This document shows, piece after piece, positions 27,223 to 40,234 of a stretch of DNA of 64,000 nucleotides. The stretch's first letter is position 1, and every line of letters starts with the position of its first letter. Origin of the DNA: Octopus vulgaris (lineage: Eukaryota). Made by a program: the position numbers and the translations under genes. The notes beneath the pieces are model-generated. The model did not search any database. It worked only from the letters and a program-made list of their open reading frames with translations, and was not told where the DNA came from. The stretch spans positions 30,070,001 to 30,134,000 of the forward strand of contig OX597834.1 in assembly GCA_951406725.2 (NCBI GenBank). Reading direction: 5' to 3'.

Positions 27223-27774
27223 TTCTGGTAAAGCATTAATGAAGCAATAATGGAATTATGCAATAAAATGAGCAGCTCACTCCATTCTCCATGTTGAAAC
27301 ACACACATGTATATGTAAAGGTATGTATGTATATTTTTTTTGTGTGTGTGTGTATCTGTGTGTATATGTTTGTGTCTAGATATCACGTGATGATTGTAAA
27401 TGAGAGTCACTGTCACACAAGCAGTGTCATTCATTTCGAACATTCTGTGGAAACATGTCCAGCCATAAAGAAATATGACTTTGTTTGGAATCAGATGAGG
27501 GTTAGTGACAGGGAGGGCATCCAGCCATAGAAGATCTGCCTCAAATAAATTCTGTTCAACCCCAAAAAACATGGTAAGTTGGGTGTTAAATGATGACGAT
27601 GACGATAACAATGGTGCTATAACAAAACGGACTTTTTCAGTAAATGGCGGTTGATGGGAGTGGGAGGGGTTTGTCACACATCAAACATAATATACAATAT
27701 AGCCATACGTGTTTGTTTGTTTGTTTTTCGCTCTTGTTGTTTTCTTTTATCTTTTTCCGTATTACATATTACAG

Positions 27775-27957
27775 AACAGTGTGGAAGACCTCGGAGTGTT
27801 CCAAACACTGAGCTTATTACATCTTATCCCGACCAGAAACAGTTTCGAGAAAAAACCACTGTGTCATATAAATGTAACGAGGGATACCACCAGACAGGCA
27901 TCAATTTGGCATGGTGTTTCCGGGGCAAGTGGCGTGGACCTTACATTAACTGTACTG
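27775..27957 (+). CDS. CCP exon 3 (module 3)
   Basis: acag| ... |gtatgt, phase 1-1, 183 nt. QCGRPRSVPNTELITSYPDQKQFREKTTVSYKCNEGYHQTGINLAWCFRGKWRGPYINCT. Confidence 0.93.
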
Positions 27958-28014
27958 GTATGTTATTTTACTTTATGCTTTGTTATGCTGTGTTATGGTA
28001 CATGACTTAGTAGT

Positions 28015-29988
28015 CAGAGTGTCAGTTCTGCAATGCAAATGATCTTATGGTTTGCAATACCAACTTCAGGAAACCTGCCAGTCACCTAGTCACCTACTGT
28101 TCTGGTAGACACACTAGCCAAATTGACTACATCCTTGACAGAAAAAGGGAAAGATGGCCACTTATAAATGCCAAAACCTTCCCAGGCGAAGAATGTACGC
28201 CACAACATAGACTGGTAGTTAGCGACTTCAGGATCAGGGCTAAATGGATGCCCAGAAGAAGACCAGCATGGAGGAGAAGGGTGTAGAAGCTTAAAGATCC
28301 TGCAAATGGACAGAGATTTAGAGACATATTACTCAAACCTTTGACGAAATAGAAGGGAATATATCTTCACACGATGTAGAAGACGACTGAAGGTTTCTAC
28401 AGGGCAACCCACTGAGGGCCACTGACCAGATCTGTGGATGGTGCAAAGTCCCCTTATGACTCGAAATAACATGGTGGTGGAACAATGTTTTTGACAGGGC
28501 TATTAGAGAAAAGAAACAGGCTTGAAAGGACTGGAAGAACGGTGGTAGCAGGGAATTGTATCAGACTGCCAGAAGGGAAGCTAGGAGACAGGTTTATTTA
28601 ACCAGAGGGGAAGCAGATATGAAAAAATTCGCCAACGTTCTGCGCCATGAGGACCAAAGACTTGAGGTATTTCATGTTGCAAGACTGTGTGTGAGAGAGA
28701 ATCATGATGTTGTTGGAGAGAAATGTGTCCGCATGGATGATGGTTCACTTGCACTAAACAAGGCTGCAGAGAGAGGTTTGGAGACACCACTTTGAAAGGT
28801 TGCTCATAAAGAAAATGAATGGGAGAAAGAGAGTCTGCTGAATGTCGACCCAACAGAGGGACCAGCTATCCAAATTGAAAGTACCTTGGTAGATAAAGCA
28901 ATTAAGAGTATGAAGACAGAGAAAGCCCCCGGCCCATCAGGAATCATTGCAGAGATGCTCAAAATATCTGGTGGTATTGGCTATAGCCTAGTCACCCATA
29001 TAGTTAACCAGGTGATAGACGAAGGAGTCAACCCAATGACTGGTGTAGCAGCATAATAGTCAACTGCTTCAAAGGTAAAGGTGACGCTTTAGATACAAAT
29101 AATTACAGAGGTATCAAGTTGTTGGATCAGGTAATGAAGGTCATGGAGAGGGTCGTATCCCAACTAAATAGGGAGAGAGTCAGTTTAAATGAGATACAGT
29201 TTGGGTTTGTGCCAGGGAAAAGCACCACTGATGCTATATTTCTGGTAAGACAGCTGCAGAAGAAATACCTAGCCAAAGATAAACCTCTGTACCTGGCTTT
29301 TGTTGACATGGAGAAAGCCTTTGACAGGGTCCCCCGATCTCTTATCTGGTGGTCAATGAGGAAACTAGGAATAGATGAATGGTTAGTGAGAGCTGTGCAA
29401 GCCATGTACAGGAACGCTGTCAGTAAGGTGAGGGTTGGCATTGAGTACAGTGAAGAATTCCGAGTAGAGGTGGAGGTTCACCAAGACTCAGTCCCCAGCC
29501 ACCTCCTATTTATTATAGTCCTCCAGTGTAAGCTATGGACACATAAGAGGTGCAGCAATGTCAAAGGAAGGCTAACTGGGAAGATAGTTTTTGTATGTGG
29601 CAGATGCTCAGGAGCAATAAACATTGAAAATGTGCAGAGAACAACTTCCACCAGATTCCAGGGAGAAAAACTAGAAGTTGATAGCTTCCATTCGAGTGAG
29701 GTCATTGCCAGTGCCACTAGACTGGCTCCTGTGTAGGTGGCATGTAAAAAACACCATTTGAGTGTAGCTGTTGCCAGTACTGCCTGACTGGCCCTCGTGC
29801 CAGTGGCACATAAAAGCACTCACCACACTCTCGGAGTGGTTGGCATTAGGAAGGACATCCAGCTGTAGAAACTCTGCCAGATCAAGATTGGAGTCTGGTG
29901 CAGCCATCTGGCTCACCAGTCCCCAGTCAAATCATCCAACCCATGCCAGCATGGAAAGCGGACATTAAACGATGATGATGATGATTAT
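28015..29988 (+). mobile_element. Decayed, internally deleted RTE-clade LINE (APE end, RT N-half, PHD-like remnant, 3' tail ending in (gat)n)
   Basis: SQIDYIL...QHRLVVSDF; KAPGPSG; NYRGIKLL; QFGFVPGKSTTDAIF; AFVDMEKAFDRVPR; multiple stops and frameshifts. Confidence 0.9.
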
Positions 29989-30047
29989 ATAATATAACCA
30001 CCAATCCTATCAACATCCTTGTCTCCACCAACAAATATATACAGGTT

Positions 30048-30078
<31 letters not shown>

Positions 30079-31473
30079 ATGTATATACATATGTGTCTGT
30101 ATATATTAATTACTTAAACCGTCCAATATCATTCCCACCCTTCCTATACACACACAAGCTTAAAAATGTCAAGTCAATCTCACTAGAATTTTCACTTCCA
30201 AACTAAGACTTTACAACTTTGCAATATTCCAACCTTAGAGGTCACAGGTCCTGATCCTTCCCACCCTTCAATATATCATTAAAGTGGGAAAACAAAAAAT
30301 AATGCCTTTGACCCAAACAATAATTTGTTTCATGTTCTAGGTTCCATTCAAAACAAACCACCAGAGTTTGGCATTTTCTATAATCTCAGATAACATAATG
30401 GACTTGTGGATTAACTTTAGAAGCATGTTTAAAAAAGCATTTTAAATTCCACAAAACGGTCTGCTAAGGGCTACAGCAGCCCATTTCACCAAATGATGCT
30501 TAACAAATACATACTTACCCATCTTTTGCAAAAATAAAATAAAAATAATAATGATAATGATTTAATAAATAAAATTATAAGCTTTCACACCATACTGACT
30601 TTTGAAAATAATCTAATATTAACCCTTTTGTTACCAACCCGGCTGAAACCGGCTCTGGCCCTGAGTACAAATGTCTCGTTTTCATAAGTTTTGAATTAAA
30701 ATCTTCCTCCAAACTTTAGTTTCAATTTATGCTCCTAACACTAGCTTAATGATAACTAAGTTATTTTACTAAATTCTTTGTTATATTTAAAGTAATTAAA
30801 AGAAACACAGAGCATCTCAAAATAAATACAGTAACGAAAGGGTTAAGGCAGATAAACTCATATGACAGTAAAAAAAATAGGCATCAGTACATGCTGGAAT
30901 TGAACCCACACCTCTTATTTTCATGATAATTGTGTTGATCAATTACAACCACATCCACTCCTTTTTCCTTTTTCCATTATATACCCTAATATTAGACTAT
31001 TTTCTAGAGTTAATATCTGGTGAAGACTTATAATTCTATGTGCTAAATTTTCACTCACCACCATTTCCTAATTCATGCAGAATTTGCCCAGGTTTAATTA
31101 ATGATGGTTTCAAATTTTGGTACAAGGCCAGCAATTTTGGAGGAGGAGGGCAAGTTGATTCCATTGATCCCAGAGATCAAATGCCACTTATTTTATTGAC
31201 CCTGAAAGGATGTAAGGCAAAGTTGACTTCAGCAGGATTTGAACTCAGATGCTAAACATTTTGTTCAAATTGCAAATGATTTTACCACTTTGACATCTTA
31301 GTAATCAACAACAACAATTCATCTCTTGGTCCATGTCTTATATTTAGTCCTCATCGACGTAAAACAAAAAGGCAAAAATAAATTTGGAAATAGAATATTA
31401 AAAAGGCTATTGTGAGAAGTGCTAGATTCTCATAAAAGGGTACCCTAAAGATGTTAATAAAAGGGTACCGTAG

Positions 31474-31859
31474 TGGAAGCACTCTGTCGGTTACGACGAT
31501 GAGGGTTCCAGTTGATCCGAATCAACGGAACAGCCTGCTCATGAAATTAACATGTAAGTGGCTGAGCACTCCACAGACACGTGCACCCTTAACGTAGTTC
31601 TCGGGGATATTCAGCGTGACACAGAGAGTGACAAGGCCGGCCCCTTGAAATACAGGTACAACAGAAATAGGAAGTAAGAGTGAGAGAAAGTTGTGGTGAA
31701 AGAGTACAGCAGGGATCACCACCATCCCCTGCCGGAGCCTCGTGGAGCTTTTAGGTGTTTTCGCTCAATAAACACTTACAACGCCCGGTCTCGGAATCGA
31801 AACCACGATCCTGTGACCACGAGTCCGCTGCCCTAACCACTGGGCCATTGCGCCTCCAC
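31474..31859 (-). mobile_element. Young ~385-bp tRNA-derived SINE with TSD
   Basis: TSD aagggtaccgtag at 31461-31473 and 31860-31872. Confidence 0.9.
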
Positions 31860-32328
31860 AAGGGTACCGTAGAGATATTCGTAAAAGGACACCGTAAAGA
31901 TGTTTGTGAAACAGTACCCGAGAGTTGTTTGTAAAAGTGTACCCTACAATGAGGTCACCATTCTTATTGAGTTAAATGCATTTCGGTTCACATGACCCTG
32001 CTTCTTCACATGTCTGGTACCTTCCAGACAAGGATCTGGTGGTACCTTCTAAAGGATGAGGCAATGCACTGATGGTACCATCCAGATAAAGAGCTGATGG
32101 TACTTTTCAGGCAATGAGCTAATGATCCTTTTCAAGTCCCATTTTCCCACCATTAAACATATACACCAGTAACTCCAAGAAATAAGAACATTGAGATCGG
32201 AATACATAAACTGTGATGTTAGAGAGCTGCTTTTTGTTTGTAGAGTTCAAGAATCTGAGAATCTGAACAGCTTTTATTTCCCTATTCTAACAATTCTTCG
32301 CATGATGTTGTTTTTATTTTCACCCCAG

Positions 32329-32402
32329 ACTATTACAGTCTTTGAATAGTTGTAATGCTGTTATTGTTGGAGTACCGTTCTTGGAAGAATTTGATAACGC
32401 AT
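32329..32402 (+). CDS. Candidate non-CCP exon (alternative 5' exon or terminal exon; uncertain)
   Basis: Strong acceptor tttttattttcaccccag| and donor |gtatgc. Open only as phase 2-1 (LLQSLNSCNAVIVGVPFLEEFDNA). Gives DYYSL* if joined to exon 3. Confidence 0.3.
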
Positions 32403-32516
32403 GTATGCCTCCTGTTTATGTGTGTATGTGAGAGAGAGAGAGAGAGAGTGATTGAATGTATAAACACAAACATACATACATGCATATGTTCACTTATATG
32501 TGTGTAAATATAATTA

Positions 32517-32565
<49 letters not shown>

Positions 32566-32670
32566 GCATATATATATTATATATATATATTTCTACACAC
32601 ACATGTGTGTGTATATATATATATATGTATATATATATTTATATATATATATATATATTTCTACACACAC

Positions 32671-32733
<63 letters not shown>

Positions 32734-33077
32734 TATTTTATATATATTTCTACATCTATATACAATATATATATGTACATGCATATGTATACACACACAT
32801 AAAAATATATATATATATATTTATGCACACATATATATTTATATACATATATACACACGTATTTATGTATATACATATATACACTTGCTTATGCATTCAC
32901 ATACATGCGCACACACACACACGCATATGTATGTCATGGCTACATGAGATATTTTGTTATTGTTGTTATTTTTGTAAAAGAAGAAGGAGGGAGGCGGAGA
33001 CTAAAATGCTATTTTTTGAAACGGTTTAAAATATTCCTGACTGAAATAAGTATTTCTTCCTTGTTTATTTTTATTAG

Positions 33078-33266
33078 TGAGTCGAGAAAAACTGAACGAG
33101 TTGTGTGGGGTACCTCCTGAAATTGAGAACGGAGAAGCGCGAATACGAGACGAACCAGTTCGTCATGTGATTTATTCCTGCGCCGATGGCATGAAGCTTA
33201 TCGGATCTGCAACTCTGAATTGCCAAGCCAGGGGTGTCTGGGATAATGAACCGCCAAGGTGTTTAT
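33078..33266 (+). CDS. CCP exon 4 (module 4)
   Basis: ttag| ... |gtaagt, phase 1-1, 189 nt. SREKLNELCGVPPEIENGEARIRDEPVRHVIYSCADGMKLIGSATLNCQARGVWDNEPPRCL. Confidence 0.93.
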
Positions 33267-34853
33267 GTAAGTATGATTATTTTCGATTACATTCATATCT
33301 AATCTTCTGTGAAAATATATCTGGTTATGGGGAATTACCTTGCATGGAAACAGGTGAAGGTTTGTGACAGGTAAGGCATCCAGTCATGGAAAAATTTGGC
33401 TCAGCAAAATTCTGTCCACTCCATACATGCACGTAAATGTTTTAAAGGTTAAAACAATTATGATGATGGTGATGATGATGTTGATGATTTTCCTTCCATT
33501 TTATTGTTAGGTATCGGTGCATGTATAGTCAAATGGTTAAGAAGTTTGCTTTGCAACCATGAGGACATTGGTTCAAACCCATAATGCTGCATTTGGGGCA
33601 GCAGTATGATTTTTTTATAGCTTTGGGTCAAGGGTCAACCTGCAACTTCTGTGTGAAATTTTGTCCAGTCCTTGTGGTGTTGTGGTTTGTATATCTCAGT
33701 GACCCTGAGATTATGCTAGTAGAGTGCCAGCTCCTGGTAGCCCCTGCTCTCACCCCTACACTCCCATGCTGGACAGGTCAAAGGATAGAGGCCACACACT
33801 CAGAGGTAAAAATAGGTTTGTGTAGCACCAGTACCTACCTCAACCAAGATAAAAAAGGAAAGTTCTAGAAGCATTGATGACAATTCAAAACCATCAAGAC
33901 CTGGGAGAGGAAGGCAGCCTCCTCCCCTTAGGGAAATTGGAAAAGAAACTGCAAGGAAAAGCAGGAATCCAATTGGAGAGGGGCAGAAAAGGAAGTCCCC
34001 AAGTCAAGAAGAGAAAAGTCATTGATGGCCTGTGCTATGTAGGGATTAAAGGGTTTGACCCTTTAGCATTCAAATTATTCTGTCAACAAATATCTTGCTT
34101 ATTTACTCATTTTGTTTTGGATTAATCATGCATAATCTAATAACTTTGAGATTTCAGTGATGTGTTTGCTTATTTCTAGAATGACATTTCAGGGTAAGTG
34201 TAAGGGGCCAGATCTGGCCAGTTTGAACATAAGACAAATAGAACATGTAGGCCAGATATGGCTGGTTTCAATGCTAGACTGGCTCTCCATCAGTTACATC
34301 AACAAGGGTTCAGGTGATCCAATCAATGGAATAACCTGCTCAAGAGATTAACGTCCAAGTGGCCAGACATTCCACAAATACACATATCCTTAATGTAGTT
34401 CCTGGGGAGATCCAGTGTGACGCAAAATGTGACAAGGCTGGCCCTTTGAATTACAGGTACAACTCATTTTTGCCAGCTGAGTTGACTGGAGCAATAAAGT
34501 GAAATGAAGTGTCTTGCTGAAGGACACAGTGCAACCCCTGAGTATGGAAGTCAGAACTTTACACTCATGAGCCCTAATTGTTAAACCAGATGCCTTTAAA
34601 TGCTGAAGGAGGGTTAAAGGAAGTAAATGTCAGGTGTAGAGAGACCCATCAGGTGGGTTTTACCTGTAATTGAAAAAAGTACTGTCTTGTTACACACTGT
34701 GTCAGATTAATATTGCCTGTGAATTACGTGAAGGGTACACATACCTCTGGAATACTCAGCCATGTTAATCCAGAAGCAGTCCATCCAGTTGAACAGGTAA
34801 CTGAATCTCCATTGTCAAATGAGGCTTGTGGCTTAGTGGTTAATGTAGTCAAC

Positions 34854-35240
34854 AGTGGAGGCGCAATGGCCCAGTGGTTAGGGCAGCGGACTCGCGGACG
34901 TAGGATCGCGGTTTCGATTCCCAGACCGGGCGTTGTGAGTGTTTATTGAGCGAAAACACCTAAAGCTCCATGAGGCTCCGGCAGGGGATGGAGGTGATCC
35001 CTGCTGTACTCTTTCACCACAACTTTCTCTCACTCTTGCTTCCTGTTTCTGTTGTACCTGTATTTCAAAGGGCCGGCCTTGTCACTCTCTGTGTCACGCT
35101 GAATATTCCCGAGAACTACGTTAAGGGTACACGTGTCTGTGGAGTGCTCAGTCACTTACACGTTAATTTCACGAGCAGGCTGTTCCGTTGATTGGATCAA
35201 CCGGAACCCTCGTCGTCGTAACCGACGGAGTGCTTCCTCC
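34854..35240 (+). mobile_element. Young ~385-bp tRNA-derived SINE with TSD, nested in an older SINE head
   Basis: TSD taatgtagtcaac at 34841-34853 and 35241-35253. Confidence 0.9.
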
Positions 35241-35475
35241 TAATGTAGTCAACTGGGAATCATAAGTTCATGAGTTCAATTCCTAGAAGCATGCTGAGTC
35301 CTTGAGCAACACACTTTATTCCTCATTGTTCCAGTCTGCTCAGCCAGCAAAAATGAGTTGTATTTTCTTGAAATTTTTTAAATAAATTTTTTATAAGCTG
35401 TTAATGAATTTTTGAAATGAGTAAGAATTTTGCTTTACTGAATTTTTTTAAGGAATATTTTTTTTTCAATTGCAG

Positions 35476-35670
35476 TGAAACCAAGTTTCTGTGGCAAACC
35501 TCCTGCCATTCTGGAAGCTCGGCACAATGCTTCTTTAGTCCGACCAGCATTTCCTCATGGCAGTGCCCTCTTGTACAGTTGTATTCCTGGTTATTTCCAT
35601 GTTGGTAACACCATAGCAAGGTGTGATGGCACTACGGCAAGCTGGAAAGATCTTACTATGAAATGTGAAC
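35476..35670 (+). CDS. CCP exon 5 (module 5)
   Basis: tgcag| ... |gtgagt, phase 1-1, 195 nt. KPSFCGKPPAILEARHNASLVRPAFPHGSALLYSCIPGYFHVGNTIARCDGTTASWKDLTMKCE. Confidence 0.94.
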
Positions 35671-36009
35671 GTGAGTATTTCAGTTTCAAATCCTATAAAA
35701 AAAATTTTATTTTTATATTTTATCTTTTAATTCTTTATCTTTTATTTGTTCCAGTCATTTTACTGTGGCCAAGTTGGGGCACCACCTTGAAGTGTTTAGT
35801 TGACAAATCAAGAATGGCAGATGCATTTTGTCCTACTTGGAACCCTTTTCACAAACCCTAGTACGATAAAACGTTTATTGTTCATATGATCACAATGATA
35901 TATATAGTGTTTTAATATAAGTTTATGATGAAATTTTATCTCACACAATAACCACAGTATCATGTCTTAAAAGAGTGCTAATACATTTAGTATGATATAC
36001 AGATAGTAA

Positions 36010-36376
36010 TCTTTATATATAAAAGTAAGGTTGTGTGTCTGTCTCCTACGATTTAGATTCCTAACTACTCCCACATTTTGCGGTGCAGTTTAACCAAAAC
36101 CGGGTATCTTATAGTCGTGATTCATATCGAGCTCTTCTGGGTATTAGCGCGCGTCTACGATGAGTCTACGATTTAAAAAAAATTTACCATCATTTTTTTC
36201 CATTTTAATGCATTTTTTTCGCTATTATATAAGGGAAGTAACTCTTTAAAAATGTCTACGATGAGTCAACGATTTAAAAAAAAAATTTACCATCATTTTT
36301 TCCCCCATAACTCTCTAAAAATGCTTATATAGTTATTTCCCTTACAAACCCGAGCAACGCCGGGCAATACTGCTAG
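36010..36376 (+). mobile_element. Non-autonomous Helitron
   Basis: A|TCtttatatataaaag 5' end; 3' hairpin cccgagcaacgccggg then CTAG|T; no TSD; internal direct repeat of tctacgatgagtc..cgatttaaaa...tttaccatcatttt. Confidence 0.85.
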
Positions 36377-36787
36377 TTTTAATATAATACTGTTTCATTT
36401 GTATTAATCCAGCAAGCTTTCCCAATACCAGTGAATGTATTACTGTTTCCAAATTTAGCTTAAAACAAGCAACTAATCATATGCATAGCACTGCTAAGCC
36501 TTAACAAAGGCAAAATATCTGTCATTCTTGTGAGTTACTGTGTCATTCTGTTTTTAAACAAACAAACCTATGTAGAGATTTTATCTCAGACAAATACCAC
36601 AGCTTCATGTCTTTCAATGGTGTACATATATTTAGTATGAAACACAGAAAACGATTCTAATTTAAAGCAGTTTCAATTGCATTCACTGAGAAAACATAAA
36701 TTTGACTGATTGAGATCATGTTTGGAAAAGTATGAATATCACAACATCCCCTTTCCACAATTGCATAGTCTGTGTTTCTGTTTGCAG

Positions 36788-36961
36788 CAATGCATTGCAG
36801 TCCTCCAGGTGAGATTTCAGGTGGACGAATCGAAGGAAGTAAATACACGTACATGTCGAAAATATTCTTCCACTGTGACATTGGACACAAGTTGATTGGT
36901 CAGAAGTTTCGAGTGTGCCAAGAAGACGGTAACTGGGACGGGCCAATGTCCACTTGCCAAC
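36788..36961 (+). CDS. CCP exon 6 (module 6)
   Basis: tttgcag| ... |gtgagt, phase 1-1, 174 nt. MHCSPPGEISGGRIEGSKYTYMSKIFFHCDIGHKLIGQKFRVCQEDGNWDGPMSTCQ. Confidence 0.94.
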
Positions 36962-37124
36962 GTGAGTAGATTGTTCAAGGAATTTTTTGCCTTCTTTCCT
37001 TTTATGCTATCGTGAGCACATTTCCATATTTTGTCCTATTTCAAATTCAGTGTATGTGTATATGTGAGCATGTGTATCAGGTATGTGTGGGTGTATACAT
37101 ACTGTGTATGTATGTGTATATGTA

Positions 37125-37160
<36 letters not shown>

Positions 37161-37193
37161 CTTTATTTTAAGCAGCAGAAAATTCAACAAAAT

Positions 37194-37231
37194 CTGTTAC
37201 TCTGAGTTTCTCGTTGCCGTTCATCAGACAG
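37194..37231 (-). ncRNA. Minimal hammerhead ribozyme motif
   Basis: Minus strand reads ctgt-CTGATGA-acggcaacga-GAAA-ctcagag-TA-acag. Stem II is very short. Confidence 0.7.
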
Positions 37232-37859
37232 TTTTTGCATCTTTCAGTTTCCATCTACTAAATCCACTCACCAGGCTTTGGTCAGCCCGAGTGTCACCAT
37301 CATACAAGCAGTGTCATCTGTTTCCATGGAAACATGTTTGGTCATGGGTGAATATTATTTTGTCTGGAAACAGGAAAGGGTTGGTGACAGGAAGGGCATC
37401 CAGCTGTAGAGAAAATCTGCCACAACAAATTCCATCTGACCCACGCAAGCATGGAAAAAGTGGACACTAAAACGATAACAGGGAAAGTTGTTTGTGCAAA
37501 GAATTTAAGTTATTCACAAACAAATCCTTAGACTTTTACCAAATTTCCTGCACCCACCCATTCCGTATAGAAAAAGCTTGAGATGTTTCTAAGTGCAGCC
37601 CCACCTTCTTAGATGAACCGATATCGAACAAAACACAGTGGGATAAGTAAATGGTTTACTATTAGTTTACACAGTTTAACAAGTTCAGATTATTATTTTT
37701 ACCAAACTATTAGCGACCGGAATCAGAGAACATTGTCTCAGTTTTCTTCAATAATTAACACTGTAGTTGTTGTTGTTGTTGTTGTCAGTATAAGTTCCAA
37801 GCAATGAATACATGGGTAACCACTCTCTTGAGTTGGGGAGATATTATTATTATTATTAT

Positions 37860-37891
<32 letters not shown>

Positions 37892-40194
37892 CTACAACTA
37901 CTATTATAGTCCCCAATGTCTCGAGCTCATATGTCCAATGAAAGAAATAACTACCACCATCATCATCATATGTTCCAAGCAACAACTACATGCGCAATCA
38001 CTCTCTTGAGATATGGAGATACTACTACAACTACTACTACTATTACTACTACTACTACTGTTTCTTTATTTTTATTCTCATACTTCTGTTAATCTTTGAT
38101 GTTTTTCTAAAACATTTATGCTTTTTCAGAGAGTTTAGGTCAAGTCTCTGCAATTGTTTTAAACTTATTTTAACCTAGATTTCTTTTTTACACTTTTATT
38201 TTTCATCTTCTCCTTGTTTCAGTCATTGGACTGTGACCATTCTGGGGCAATGCCTTGAAAGGTTTCTAGTCAAACAAATCACCTCCTCTCCCACCATCCT
38301 CACACCCCACCCCCTCTAGTTTTTTTTTTTCCTTAAGTCTGGTACTTATTCAGTCAGTTACTTTTCCTGAACTGTTGAGTTGCAGGGACATAAACAAAGC
38401 AACATTGATTCTAAATCAGTTGTGGGGGTAAAAAAACAAACATACAAACACACACACACACACAATGAGCTTGTGAGGGGATTGTTGTGTGTGTCCCCAC
38501 CAATGGCTTACCCCACCCTAGTAAATTTATTCAACATAACCGTCAACTCCATACATATAAACCCATTGCTCCAGCTGACCTCCTTAACAAAACTAACCCT
38601 CATAACTAGAACTATAATGCCAATGCTAACGCCCGCCCCTCAAATGTACCACAATGCCCAAATATACATGGACGTACGGACAGATGGGGCTGATAGATAT
38701 AATCTATGTAATCCCCAAAATTTTCTTCCACTCCCTGTGCAATTTGTAAATCCAATGTTCATATGATGAATAAATTTAGTTTAAGGTCACTGAGTGCAAT
38801 AGAAAAACACAAAACAAAAGAGGATTATACATTTTTAATCAGCTGATTAAAAAAAGGATTAAAAGTATATAGTTCTCCATTCTTTTGTGTTTCTTGGTAT
38901 CAAGACAAAACATCATTGCAATCATATCCTTGCCAAGCCATCGGACCTCTTAAGACCTCTTTCCTGGATTCTGTGGTGTATGTATTGTTCACCTGGATGG
39001 GAAGCTTGTCCATCACAGGATAACTCCCTTTTCCCAGTTGAATGGACTGGAACAATGTGAAATGGAGTATTTTGGTCAGGAACACAATGCATCAGCCAGT
39101 TCAGAAATTGAAACCACAATCTTATGATCATGAATGCAGCACCCTCACCACTAACCCATCCGTTTCCACATTTTATATATGTGTATATATGTGTGTGTAA
39201 AGAAGTACTGTTCTCTAACTGTGGAGGGAACCTGTGGTAGAGGTAGACCCAGGAAGACATGGGACAGGTGGTGAAACATGGTCTTTGAACTTTGAGCTGC
39301 ACAAAGGCAATGACTAGTGACCGAGACCTTTGGCGATATGCTGTGCTTGATAAGATGGTATCATGTAACTGGTGCACAAAAAGCAGCTTTCAAGCATTGG
39401 GCCTCATGGAGGCAAAGTGGCTGATGCCGGTGGCACATAGAAAAGCTCCTTTTGAGTTTTGGGCCTCACAGAGGCAAAGTGGCTGATGCCGGTGGCACAT
39501 AGAAAAGCTCTTTATGAGTTTTGGGCCTCATGGAGGCAATGACAAATGACTGAGACCATAGCATTATGTCGTACTTGAGAAGAAAACCCATCAAGCCAAG
39601 TAAAATCAGTCATGGCAGATACTGGTGTCACACAAATGGCACCTGTGCAAGTGACACGTCAAAGCACCCAGCTTGCTAGCCCTGGTCAAACCATCCAGTC
39701 TATGCCAGCATGAACAATGGACATTAAATGATGATGATAATGGTATATATATATATATACATATATATATCGGTTGATTCACCAGATGTGGTAAATTACA
39801 AAACTCAGTATAGATGTAGAGTATTCCTTAATCCTTTAGCATTCAGGTTGCCGTGTCAAATGTAATGTTTATTCATATTGTTTTGACTTATGTATTATCT
39901 TGTAGCTTTGAGATTTTGAAAATGCGATTGTTTACTTTTAGAATGACATTGTAGGGCAGGTGTGAGTGGCTAGATCTGACCAGTTTGAACATATTACAAG
40001 TAGAACATGGCCAGTTTAAATGCTAAAGTGCTTATCCATTGTAGCTAAAAGACTCCAATATCCAGTTCTCAGAGTTACTGGTTTCTGATTGTCAGCTGGA
40101 AAACCAAGTCTGCTTTTCAAACAATCAATATTTCAAAAGAAAAACAACTCCAGATTATCAACTGATTGGACACTTGTGACCAGTCTTGATCACA

Positions 40195-40234
40195 GCTGTC
40201 TGACAAACAGATACATGAAACTCTGAGTAACAGC
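40195..40234 (+). ncRNA. Degenerate hammerhead motif (probably inactive)
   Basis: gctgt-CTGACAA-...-GAAA-ctctgag-TA-acagc. G8 position mutated; same family as the 37194 motif. Confidence 0.55.

Noticed and set aside
30895-30955. tRNA-like sequence on the minus strand (also ~15295-15365 on +)
   Set aside because: Only decayed A/B boxes, no intact cloverleaf; old SINE heads.
31081-31091. Possible 11-nt micro-exon between exons 3 and 4
   Set aside because: Weak donor (gtttaa), adjacent to a SINE relic, no supporting evidence.
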